DNA of 61,612 bases, the filler included. It is 3 parts of 3 records of this genome, joined end to end, with 100 filler letters (N's around TTAATTAATTAA, not from the genome) between each part and the next. Parts side by side here need not be neighbours in the genome. Positions count along the whole stretch, not along the records: positions 43,592 to 61,612 come from SRR22947727_731; 2 more parts are not named here. One strand, given 5' to 3'. Below the pieces are notes generated by a model that saw nothing but the letters and a program-made list of their open reading frames with translations, was not told the DNA's origin and did not search any database. The position numbers and the translations under genes were made by a program. Below are positions 51,362 to 59,998 of this stretch, in pieces (positions within the stretch are counted from its first letter, which is position 1; each line of letters begins with the position of its first letter).

Positions 51362-52278
51362 TGGAAAAGTCAATTAAAGATTATAGCCTCATAAGTCTTA
51401 AAGGTATAGTCATGGGAGCAGCCGATGTTATTCCTGGGGTTTCTGGAGGTACAATAGCATTTATTACCGGTATTTACGAGGAACTTCTAGATACTATCAA
51501 TTCTGTTAATCTAGCAGCATTAAAAAAATTAAAAACCGAGGGTTTAAAAAGTTTTTGGCAGCACATTAACGGCAATTTTATTGTTGCCCTATTTTTGGGA
51601 ATAGGAATTAGTGTTTATAAACTAGCAGGTCTCGTTACCTATTTAATGGCGAACGAAGCTGTTTTACTATGGTCTTTCTTTTTTGGGCTAATTATTTCCA
51701 GTATTTACTTGGTTGGTAAAAAAATAGCACATTGGGATACCGCTAAATTTATTGGCTTAATCATTGGAACAGCAGTATCATTTTACATCACCCTTCTAGC
51801 TCCTATGGAAAACCCTAGTGCATTATGGTATGTTTTCTTGTCGGGAGCAATTGCCATCTGCGCCATGATTTTACCAGGTATTTCAGGAAGTTTTATCCTA
51901 TTGCTATTAGGTTCTTACGAACTAATTTTAACTTCTATAAAAGATTTGAAACTCGCTATTATTGCGGTTTTTGCCAGTGGCTGTGTCGTTGGTTTGCTCT
52001 CTTTTTCTAAGTTATTAAGCTGGATGTTTAAAAAGTACCATGATTTAACCATTGCCATTCTTACTGGTTTTTTAATAGGATCACTGAATAAAATATGGCC
52101 TTGGAAAGAGACCATATCAACAAGAATTAACTCTCACGGAGAAACTGTTCCATTTATTCAAGAGAACGTTTTACCAACTAATTTTAATGGGGACAACCAA
52201 TTGGTTATGGCTATTGTAATTGCTATTGTTGGTTTAGGGATCATTCTATTACTAGAAAAAGTAGCCAGTAAGGCTTAA
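51361..52278 (+). CDS. DUF368 membrane protein (undecaprenyl-phosphate translocase family)
   Basis: Two internal repeats, MGAADVIPGVSGGT and AMILPGISGS; WPW motif. Confidence 0.92.
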   Translation: MEKSIKDYSLISLKGIVMGAADVIPGVSGGTIAFITGIYEELLDTINSVNLAALKKLKTEGLKSFWQHINGNFIVALFLGIGISVYKLAGLVTYLMANEAVLLWSFFFGLIISSIYLVGKKIAHWDTAKFIGLIIGTAVSFYITLLAPMENPSALWYVFLSGAIAICAMILPGISGSFILLLLGSYELILTSIKDLKLAIIAVFASGCVVGLLSFSKLLSWMFKKYHDLTIAILTGFLIGSLNKIWPWKETISTRINSHGETVPFIQENVLPTNFNGDNQLVMAIVIAIVGLGIILLLEKVASKA

Positions 52279-52404
52279 CCCTATAAGCGCTTTTCTGCTG
52301 TTCATAAAACTGATAATTATTAGAAATAGCCAAAGGCGATGTAAATATCCGTCACTCGGCAAAGCCAAGCAACTGAGAGGAAAACTTTCCAAATTACAAA
52401 CTCT

Positions 52405-52539
52405 CTATTTGATATAGACTTCATCCTGAAGTTCACAATAAAAAGGTTCCGATTCAAATCCGTAATCTCCCCCCAAATAGTTCCTTAATTTTTTATAGCT
52501 TGGATTAACTTCTAACTAAACAAAAAAAATGCGTCTCAT
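52405..52539 (-). pseudogene. Possible small gene remnant with an in-frame TAG
   Basis: Reads MRRIFFV*LEVNPSYKKLRNYLGGDYGFESEPFYCELQDEVYIK*, with GAGGGAG just before the ATG. Confidence 0.25.
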
Positions 52540-52612
52540 ACTCCCTCTGCAAGAAGTTCGCAGAAAGCATTCTAAGTTTTGCTAAAAAAGTGAAATCTGA
52601 TTAAACTAAATA

Positions 52613-53443
52613 TTAATGATGATCTTTATTGTATTCTGGAACGGCTAAATAATCTTTAAAAAAGTTCATTCCCAAATAAAAGAAAGCAGTATCTATTAAG
52701 GCTGCAATAATCTTAAAAACATAGCCGGTTAAAATAAATGCAATTAACTGCGCACTTATTGCTTTATCATCACTTATAGGTAATGCTCCCTCAGTAAAAG
52801 AGTAAGTAATAATAATAACAGCAGTAGAATCTACCAATTGACTAATTAAGGTTGATCCGTTATTTCTTAACCACAAATGCTTCCCATTGGTTATCTTTTT
52901 CAGAAAATGAAAAATATGTACATCACAAAACTGAGCGGTTAAGTAAGCAATCATTGATGCTAAAGTTGCACCAAAAGCAAAATATCTTAATTGATAAAAG
53001 ACTCTACCATTTGTCCCTATTGGTGGCACCCCAATTTCTGGACAAGTTGATACTCCCACATAAATACCATTTAAGTAACCAACAGCATCACAAATGTCTG
53101 GTGCAGGTGGCAAAATTCCGCCTAACCATAAAATAAATAAAACCCAAATATTTAACAACAAACCGATCCAAACTAAAAGATTTGCTCTTTTCTTACCGTA
53201 GATTTCGGATATAAAATCAGTACACAAAAACGTAATGGGATAGGCCAATACTCCAACGGGCAGCATATAAGTAAATGGTTGAGCTCCTAGGTAGCCAGAA
53301 ATATCAATAAATCGGGTAATACCCAATATGTTAAGCATCGTTAAGGATCCTAAAAACAAGCCTGCCAAAATAATAAAGACAACCTCTCGTCTCCACAACA
53401 TTTGTGGCAATAATTCTATATTTTCGTCTCCAATAAATCGCAT
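52613..53443 (-). CDS. yhhQ: Queuosine precursor transporter, YhhQ/VUT family (start revised to ATG 53443)
   Basis: YPITFLCTDFISEIYG, ASMIAYLTAQFCD, HLWLRNNGSTLISQLVDS; the track's TTG start overlaps the promoter element. Confidence 0.88.
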   Translation of the reverse strand: MRFIGDENIELLPQMLWRREVVFIILAGLFLGSLTMLNILGITRFIDISGYLGAQPFTYMLPVGVLAYPITFLCTDFISEIYGKKRANLLVWIGLLLNIWVLFILWLGGILPPAPDICDAVGYLNGIYVGVSTCPEIGVPPIGTNGRVFYQLRYFAFGATLASMIAYLTAQFCDVHIFHFLKKITNGKHLWLRNNGSTLISQLVDSTAVIIITYSFTEGALPISDDKAISAQLIAFILTGYVFKIIAALIDTAFFYLGMNFFKDYLAVPEYNKDHH

Positions 53444-53452
53444 ATTAGTGGC

Positions 53453-53460
53453 CAAATATA
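53453..53460 (-). promoter_or_regulatory. Bacteroidetes -7 promoter element for yhhQ
   Basis: Minus strand TATATTTG matches TAnnTTTG, 9 nt upstream of ATG 53443. Confidence 0.6.
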
Positions 53461-53564
53461 CATTTTTATCTATGTTTTAAAAAATATTTTACACCGAAGG
53501 ATTAGAAAATTAAATTTCTTCACAATTCCCTGTTAAAAGAATTTCACGCGTAAAATTAAAACGT

Positions 53565-53572
53565 TATTTTCG
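53565..53572 (+). promoter_or_regulatory. Candidate Bacteroidetes -7 element for the four-gene signalling operon
   Basis: TATTTTCG(CAG), a common variant of TAnnTTTG, 26 nt before TTG 53599. Confidence 0.5.
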
Positions 53573-53598
53573 CAGATTAAATGTATGAATAGATAAAA

Positions 53599-56500
53599 TT
53601 GAAAAAACTATTACTATCCATATTTGGCATTGAAAAAGAAGAGTCATTAAGTGTCTCTCTCCTAATGATTCAATCTCTATTCATTGGTATTTTCAATGGC
53701 ACCTTTTACATTAGTTCACACACTTTGTTTATTGGATCTTACGGTGGAGAATCCATTCCAATGGCTTATTTAATTTCTGGTGGTGTTGGTATTGTATTGA
53801 CACTATTATATTCCAAATTACAGGAAAAAATAAAATTTGCTTTCCTTTCTAAAATCAATTTAACATTTGTAACAATTGCAACCATTGCTTTAGCCTTCAG
53901 CTATAACTATGTCAATAAAGCTTTAGTTGATTATGCTCAATTTGTCTTATTTGGTCCACTTTTCGTTTTAAGTATTGTTTCGTTTTGGGGTGTTGCTAAT
54001 AGACTGTATAATCTGCGACAAGGTAAAAGGCTATTTGGAATTATTGATGCGGGGATAATATTTGGTATAATCATTAGTAATATCGCAGTTGCAACAATTC
54101 CTTATTTCACTGGAATTGATATCAATTTTGAAGGACTCCTTTATTTTAGTGTAGGATGCACAGTAGTAACGGTAGCTATACAATTTGTAATCAGTTCTAA
54201 ATTTAATCTAGACAGAGAGAGTACGGAAGAAATTGAAGAAGAAAATATTACTGAAGAGGTTTTAGGAATAAAAGTTATGCTTCAGAACAATTATGTTTTA
54301 ATGATGGCTGCTTTTGCAGGTCTATCTATGCTTATTGCATTTTTTGTCCAATATTCATTCCTTTTAGTTTTGGCAAAAAAATATACCAATGAGATTGATT
54401 TCGGATCTTTTCTGGGGGCATTTACGGCCATAATAATGGTTTTCACTTTACTACTTAAAACATTCGTTTATAGCAAATTGATTAAAAACTATGGCCTAAA
54501 ACTCTGTTTGGTATTATTGCCAATTTTATTGGGAGGATTTACCATTGCCGCAATAGCTATTGGTTATGGTATGGGAATTGAAGATGTTGAATCTTCTGGA
54601 TTCTTGTTTTTCTTTATGGTTATAGCGCTGAGTAAATTAATCGCTCAAGCGGTTAAGGAAGGTATTGAATTGCCTTCTTTCAAATTAATTTATCAAACCC
54701 TAAACAAAAAAATACGTTTTGTAGTTCAGGCTTTAATTGACGGTACGATAAATGAATTCTCTGCTCTGATCTCTGGTTTATGTCTTGTTGGTTTATCCGC
54801 TTTAAGCTTTATTGGTTTAGTAGAGATATCAGTTGTAATGCTTTTTATTATTTTGCTTTGGCTTTACACCGCATTTACGCTATACAGTAAATACAAAGAA
54901 TCTTTAGAATCGGGGTTAAAAGTTAAAATTGATGAGGATGAACAAAACGTTGTTACACCCATTGCTAATTCCATCTTAAACAAACTTAAAACTGGAGCGA
55001 GTATTACAGATCCTAACTTGGTAATAAGTTTACAAGCGATAGATCCTGTATTGTTTGAAAAAGAAATCAAGATCATTGAAGATAAAATAAGTACGACAGA
55101 ATTACAGTCATTTTTGATGAATGAAATTTTAGAATACCCAAATCAAAATCATTTGGATACATTAAGCAATATTGAACAAAACAGCTCTTCAGTATCCATT
55201 AAAACCCAGGCAAAAAAAATCATTAAAGAAATAAAGGAGACTTACAAAGTAATAGATTACAAAACAATCATTGCGCTTTCAAACTCAAAACTTAAAAAAG
55301 ACAGAATTACAGCTGCCTTAATGATCAGGTCCAATTATGATGCTAAATATGATACCATATTATTAAGACTTATTAAAGACCCTAATTTACAAGTTAAAAT
55401 TGAAGTGATTCAGACCTGTGGGCTGCTACATAAAACCGAATTTACCCCTATTATAATAGAATATTTAGCCGATGATGAATTATACTCAACAGCTTTTTCT
55501 GCAATTAAAGAACTTGGCGAAAATGTTATCGAGTATCTTTCACAAGCCTATTTTAAATCTAATGTTTCTGATAAATCATTAGTAGTAGTCACCAAGCTTA
55601 TCTCTTTTATCAATACCGAACAAGCCAATACACTATTAATTGAAAAACTATTCTCTAAGAATAGGTTAATTATGAGGCAAGCTGCAATCGGCATTAATGC
55701 AAAAAAAATAAGTCCAAAATCAGAAAAGGAAAAGCTAGAATTAATTAACCTGCTAAATGAGCAAATAGCCGTTGTTGCATGGAATTATGCTGCCTACAAT
55801 GCTTTTAATGTAAGTAATCCTGAAATGGCCAATACTATTGAAGCCATAGAGGATGACATTAACTTATCAAAAGAAATTTTATTTTCACTACTCTCAATTA
55901 TTTATGATTTTGGTTCCATTCAAATTGTAAAAAACAATATTGAAACAGGCAATCCAGATAATATAAGTTATGCCATAGAAATGCTAGACTTATTTATCGA
56001 TGAACATCTTAAACCAAAACTTTTCCCTGTTTTAGATGACAGCAGATTAAATCTTAGAATCATTCAATTAGAAGATTATTTTCCTATAGAGATATTTAAA
56101 GCCGAAAACATTTATGACTTAGTGCTCAATAGAGATAGTAATTTTATTTCAGACTGGACTAAAGCAAGTCTTATTTACGAGCTTGATTTAGAAAAAAATG
56201 AAACCACACAAACCTTCTTAGCTCAATTATTTAATCCAAAAAAAATTATAAGAGAAACAGCTTATCATAAGATGATTGGTATAAACAACGAGTTGAAAAA
56301 TTCTATTTTAGATCGTTTTCCTGAAAGCGAAAGATTTAACTTGGCTAAAGAAATAGCAAGAGTCTCAAAAGATAGTAATGACCTTATGGTGCTTTCATTA
56401 TTGCGTTTAAAGAACATTATTGCACAGGATGGATTTAAGCCTATGAATTGGGTTGCTGACATACCACATATAAAACCTGCAGTCGTAGAAGTGCAAAATG

Positions 56501-56691
56501 ATATTGTTTTGAAAGAAAACGCTATTAACTACTTACTCCGAAGCACCAACAACCAAGAATCATGCGATATTATTAGCCATAGTTATTCAGGATTAAAATT
56601 AAATGATCGAATTATAAGTATAAATAAATCTGTTTTTAACAAAATAGCGAGTCATAGATTACTAACTGGAATTTTATTAGCAGACAATTAA
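53599..56691 (+). CDS. Npt1/TLC-like MFS transporter domain fused to HEAT repeats, with a possible degenerate cNMP-binding tail
   Basis: About 12 TM segments in residues 1-430 with FWGVANRLYNLRQGKRLFGII and LIYQTL...R; HEAT-like repeats (LLRLIKDPNLQVKIEVIQTCG, SYAIEMLD). Confidence 0.8.
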   Translation: MKKLLLSIFGIEKEESLSVSLLMIQSLFIGIFNGTFYISSHTLFIGSYGGESIPMAYLISGGVGIVLTLLYSKLQEKIKFAFLSKINLTFVTIATIALAFSYNYVNKALVDYAQFVLFGPLFVLSIVSFWGVANRLYNLRQGKRLFGIIDAGIIFGIIISNIAVATIPYFTGIDINFEGLLYFSVGCTVVTVAIQFVISSKFNLDRESTEEIEEENITEEVLGIKVMLQNNYVLMMAAFAGLSMLIAFFVQYSFLLVLAKKYTNEIDFGSFLGAFTAIIMVFTLLLKTFVYSKLIKNYGLKLCLVLLPILLGGFTIAAIAIGYGMGIEDVESSGFLFFFMVIALSKLIAQAVKEGIELPSFKLIYQTLNKKIRFVVQALIDGTINEFSALISGLCLVGLSALSFIGLVEISVVMLFIILLWLYTAFTLYSKYKESLESGLKVKIDEDEQNVVTPIANSILNKLKTGASITDPNLVISLQAIDPVLFEKEIKIIEDKISTTELQSFLMNEILEYPNQNHLDTLSNIEQNSSSVSIKTQAKKIIKEIKETYKVIDYKTIIALSNSKLKKDRITAALMIRSNYDAKYDTILLRLIKDPNLQVKIEVIQTCGLLHKTEFTPIIIEYLADDELYSTAFSAIKELGENVIEYLSQAYFKSNVSDKSLVVVTKLISFINTEQANTLLIEKLFSKNRLIMRQAAIGINAKKISPKSEKEKLELINLLNEQIAVVAWNYAAYNAFNVSNPEMANTIEAIEDDINLSKEILFSLLSIIYDFGSIQIVKNNIETGNPDNISYAIEMLDLFIDEHLKPKLFPVLDDSRLNLRIIQLEDYFPIEIFKAENIYDLVLNRDSNFISDWTKASLIYELDLEKNETTQTFLAQLFNPKKIIRETAYHKMIGINNELKNSILDRFPESERFNLAKEIARVSKDSNDLMVLSLLRLKNIIAQDGFKPMNWVADIPHIKPAVVEVQNDIVLKENAINYLLRSTNNQESCDIISHSYSGLKLNDRIISINKSVFNKIASHRLLTGILLADN

Positions 56692-56744
56692 AGAGAACTT
56701 CCCTTTTTTATATTTTTATAGATTTGTGGATTAGAAATAAAAAC

Positions 56745-58721
56745 ATGAAGAACAACAATAAGACATCAACAATATTTAAACAGCTCATACTAAATATTAT
56801 TGTTCCTGTTGTTTGTGCGCTTGTTATTTTGGCATTACTGAACCAATATCGCGTAAAAACAACAACTGATCAAAATAACAAAATTCAAAATCAGTTAATT
56901 ACTGATCAAATTGAGCTAAGTTTAATACACCAAGATTTTGGACTAGAAGCAGTAGAATCCAGAATTGAGGCAGACCTTTTTGTTCAAAGCCATCATTTGG
57001 TAAACCGCTATTTCAAAAACACAGACAGTATTGAAGTAGTTGATTTATCAGCCATAAGAGATTCATTAAATATGTATTCTCGTGAGCAGGATATATACAT
57101 CATAAATAGAAACGGAGTTATTGTAAATACAACCTTTGCAAAAGACAAAGACTTTAACCTGTTTACCATTGGAGAACAATTTCAAACCTATTTGGAAAAT
57201 GTATTTGAGGGAAAAGAATATGTAAGCGAAAAATTCTCCATAGAATTAAAAACAGGAAAACTGCGTAAATACACCTACCAACCTACACTCGATGGCAACT
57301 ACCTCATTCAAACAGGGACCTATAAGTTAGAAGCAGATAAATGGGTAAACAAAACAAAAGAAACCTTAAACAATATTTCTAAAAAATATAAAAACATTAA
57401 AAAAATCGATTTATTCATTGATGCCGATACACCTTTTAGCTTAATCACATCAGATAAAACATCTGAAGATCCATCCTTTATAAAAGAGATATTTAATACC
57501 CTTGATACCAACCGCAGTAAAACAATCCTCTATAAAGAGAACGGCAGGTATATGGAAAAAGAATATATCCCTATGAAAAGGCAAAATACTAAGCTTTACA
57601 AAAAAGCATTGATAGAAATAATTGCCGATAGAACAGACATCCATAACAGTCAAAGGAATGATCTTCTGCAGAATGTTGCCATTTTCCTTTTCACTATTCT
57701 TTTGGTAATATTTTTAATTTACCAAAAAACCAAGGTCATCACCTCACCAATTAAAAAGCTTTTAAACAATGTAAATAGAATTACTAAAGGTGATTTATCA
57801 GGTAGAGCCGATGTTGAAGGAAACAACGAAATAACAAAATTATCTGAAAAGTTCAACGATATGGTTGAACGTTTGCAAACCCTATACAACAACTTGGAGG
57901 CAAAAGTTAAGGAAAGAACTGCTGATTTAAATGCAAAGAAAAACGAGTTAGAAGAGCAGAAAAAGGACATCGAAGATAGCATTAGATATGCCAAAAGAAT
58001 TCAAAATGCTATCCTCCCTCCCATGCCTTATGTAAAATCTTTGTTCCCTAATTCATTTATTTTCTATCAATCTAAAGATATCGTAAGTGGAGATTTTTAC
58101 TGGGTTGGTGAAGTAGATAACATAAAACTAATGGCCATTGTCGATTGCACTGGGCACGGAGTTCCAGGTGCATTTATGAGTATTATTGGAAACAATCAAT
58201 TGACACAAACTGTAGGAATAGAAAGAACAGACTTGCCCTCCAAAATACTTAATGATGTCAATAGTGGGGTTACTGCTTTACTTAGACAAACCAAAGGAAA
58301 TACAGAAGTTAAAGACGGAATGGACTTAGCACTGATATCAATTGATTACGACACATTAGAACTCAACTATGCCGGAGCCTATAATCCTTTGTATATTATT
58401 AGAGATAAAGCATTAATTGAAATTAAAGCTGATAAATTTCCAATAGGTGGTTTTCTGAATCAAGATTTAGAGAAATTTAACAACAATAAATTTCAGCTAA
58501 TGAAAGACGATATGCTATTTATGTTTTCAGATGGATATATGGATCAATTTGGTGGGCCTAAAGGGAAAAAATTCAAATCGAGGAATATGAAAAATTTAAT
58601 GATTGAAATTTGCCATTTGCCTTGTGAAGAACAACATGATATTCTTAAAAAGACCATTAATGACTGGATGGTGAATGAAGAGCAGGTGGATGATATTTTA
58701 GTTTCAGGAATTAAGATTTAG
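56745..58721 (+). CDS. Membrane receptor Ser/Thr phosphatase: TM - extracytoplasmic sensor - TM - HAMP - coiled coil - PP2C/SpoIIE (RsbU-like)
   Basis: HAMP PIKKL...ITKGDL...NEITKLSEKFNDM; SIRYAKRIQNAILP, KDIVSGDFYW, VDCTGHGVPGAFMS, DGMD, FSDGYMDQFGG, QVDDI. Start taken as ATG 56745. Confidence 0.93.
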   Translation: MKNNNKTSTIFKQLILNIIVPVVCALVILALLNQYRVKTTTDQNNKIQNQLITDQIELSLIHQDFGLEAVESRIEADLFVQSHHLVNRYFKNTDSIEVVDLSAIRDSLNMYSREQDIYIINRNGVIVNTTFAKDKDFNLFTIGEQFQTYLENVFEGKEYVSEKFSIELKTGKLRKYTYQPTLDGNYLIQTGTYKLEADKWVNKTKETLNNISKKYKNIKKIDLFIDADTPFSLITSDKTSEDPSFIKEIFNTLDTNRSKTILYKENGRYMEKEYIPMKRQNTKLYKKALIEIIADRTDIHNSQRNDLLQNVAIFLFTILLVIFLIYQKTKVITSPIKKLLNNVNRITKGDLSGRADVEGNNEITKLSEKFNDMVERLQTLYNNLEAKVKERTADLNAKKNELEEQKKDIEDSIRYAKRIQNAILPPMPYVKSLFPNSFIFYQSKDIVSGDFYWVGEVDNIKLMAIVDCTGHGVPGAFMSIIGNNQLTQTVGIERTDLPSKILNDVNSGVTALLRQTKGNTEVKDGMDLALISIDYDTLELNYAGAYNPLYIIRDKALIEIKADKFPIGGFLNQDLEKFNNNKFQLMKDDMLFMFSDGYMDQFGGPKGKKFKSRNMKNLMIEICHLPCEEQHDILKKTINDWMVNEEQVDDILVSGIKI

Positions 58722-58729
58722 GCATAACT

Positions 58730-59998
58730 ATGAGCAATAAGACTACAGTATATCTCTGTTCGGATAACCAACAATTAAAAGATTGGGCAAATCTATTTTG
58801 TGAAAACTTATCTATGATTTCTACCCAATTTTTGGGTGCTTCAGAAAAGATCGACCTTACATTATTTTCTGGGGAATTAACCACTTCCGATAAACACATC
58901 TTTGTCTTGACAGCAAACGATAAGGGTGATTTTTCTGCAATTGAAAAATCAGATAACAACTTATTTCAACTCCATCTTTCGCCTACCCCATTCAATAAAA
59001 TTCCATCATTTTTGCACAATGCTCCAATGTTCGAATTTTATGATACAGATATGGCTAGCAATCAATCTGTATGGAGTAATTTAGATGTAAGCACTGGAAA
59101 GAGCTGGGGGAAATTACTCGACTTTACCAAAAGCTTATTCGATAAATATAAGAAAGATAAACACACCATATATTTAGCAAAAACATCTGTTAATCAAGTT
59201 CGAAATAGAGAATTGCTAAAACGAGATTTACTCAACCAAGGCTATCGTGTAATTCCAGAAATTCCGTTAAACACCTCTAATATAGAGGTGCTTGAACAGC
59301 AGATTACCTCATTGACCAATGCCGCTGAATTGAGTATTCATATCTTTGGTAACGACATTAACGAATTAGATGATAAGGTGCTAGAGATAGTCGAATTTCA
59401 AAATAAAGTTGCTAAAAATAACGCCAGTTTACAGCGGCTTATTTGGCTGCCAACAGATGTAAGATTGGATAAGGTAAATGCTGAAAAAATTAGTGTTTTA
59501 CGAAAAGATTTAGAGCTCTTAAAAGGTGCTGAATTTGTTGAAGCTCCATTGGAATTATTCAAATCTTTAGTGTATCAAAAAATTGAGCACATCTCTTTCA
59601 AAAATGTTGAAAAAAATAAGGCTTTATACTTGATTTACGACAATATCGAAAATCAAGATATTAAACAAATTAAGGCTGAAATTGAGAAAAACAAACTTGG
59701 TGTTTTAGTCGTTAACAATCTAGACGAACACCCTTTGGTGAACCATAAGAATAACCTAAAAAATTCTAATGGCATTATCATTTATTATGATGGTTCTAAT
59801 AGCAATTGGATTGAAAATATTTTAAACGATATTATCAAAGCACCAAAATACCGAAATAACAAGCAGATTAATTCTATTGGTATCATAAGTAAGAGTAAAT
59901 TAAGCTTGAAACCAGAATTGGAAAGTTATAAATTAGAAAAAATTGACATTTCAAACCAAGACCAATTAGAAACCTTTATTCAAAACATAGATAAATGA
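58730..59998 (+). CDS. Hypothetical protein with tandem TIR/DUF4062-like alpha/beta domains
   Basis: Three units starting VYL/IYL/LYL (TTVYLCSD, HTIYLAKTS..RELLKRDLLNQGYRVIP..LSIHIFG, KALYLIYD..NGIIIYYDGSNSNW). The fold call is my inference. Confidence 0.6.
   Translation: MSNKTTVYLCSDNQQLKDWANLFCENLSMISTQFLGASEKIDLTLFSGELTTSDKHIFVLTANDKGDFSAIEKSDNNLFQLHLSPTPFNKIPSFLHNAPMFEFYDTDMASNQSVWSNLDVSTGKSWGKLLDFTKSLFDKYKKDKHTIYLAKTSVNQVRNRELLKRDLLNQGYRVIPEIPLNTSNIEVLEQQITSLTNAAELSIHIFGNDINELDDKVLEIVEFQNKVAKNNASLQRLIWLPTDVRLDKVNAEKISVLRKDLELLKGAEFVEAPLELFKSLVYQKIEHISFKNVEKNKALYLIYDNIENQDIKQIKAEIEKNKLGVLVVNNLDEHPLVNHKNNLKNSNGIIIYYDGSNSNWIENILNDIIKAPKYRNNKQINSIGIISKSKLSLKPELESYKLEKIDISNQDQLETFIQNIDK

Noticed and set aside
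52441-52480. preQ1 riboswitch-like AGGTTC near yhhQ
   Set aside because: It lies downstream of the gene on the opposite strand and lacks the P1 stem and A-rich tail.
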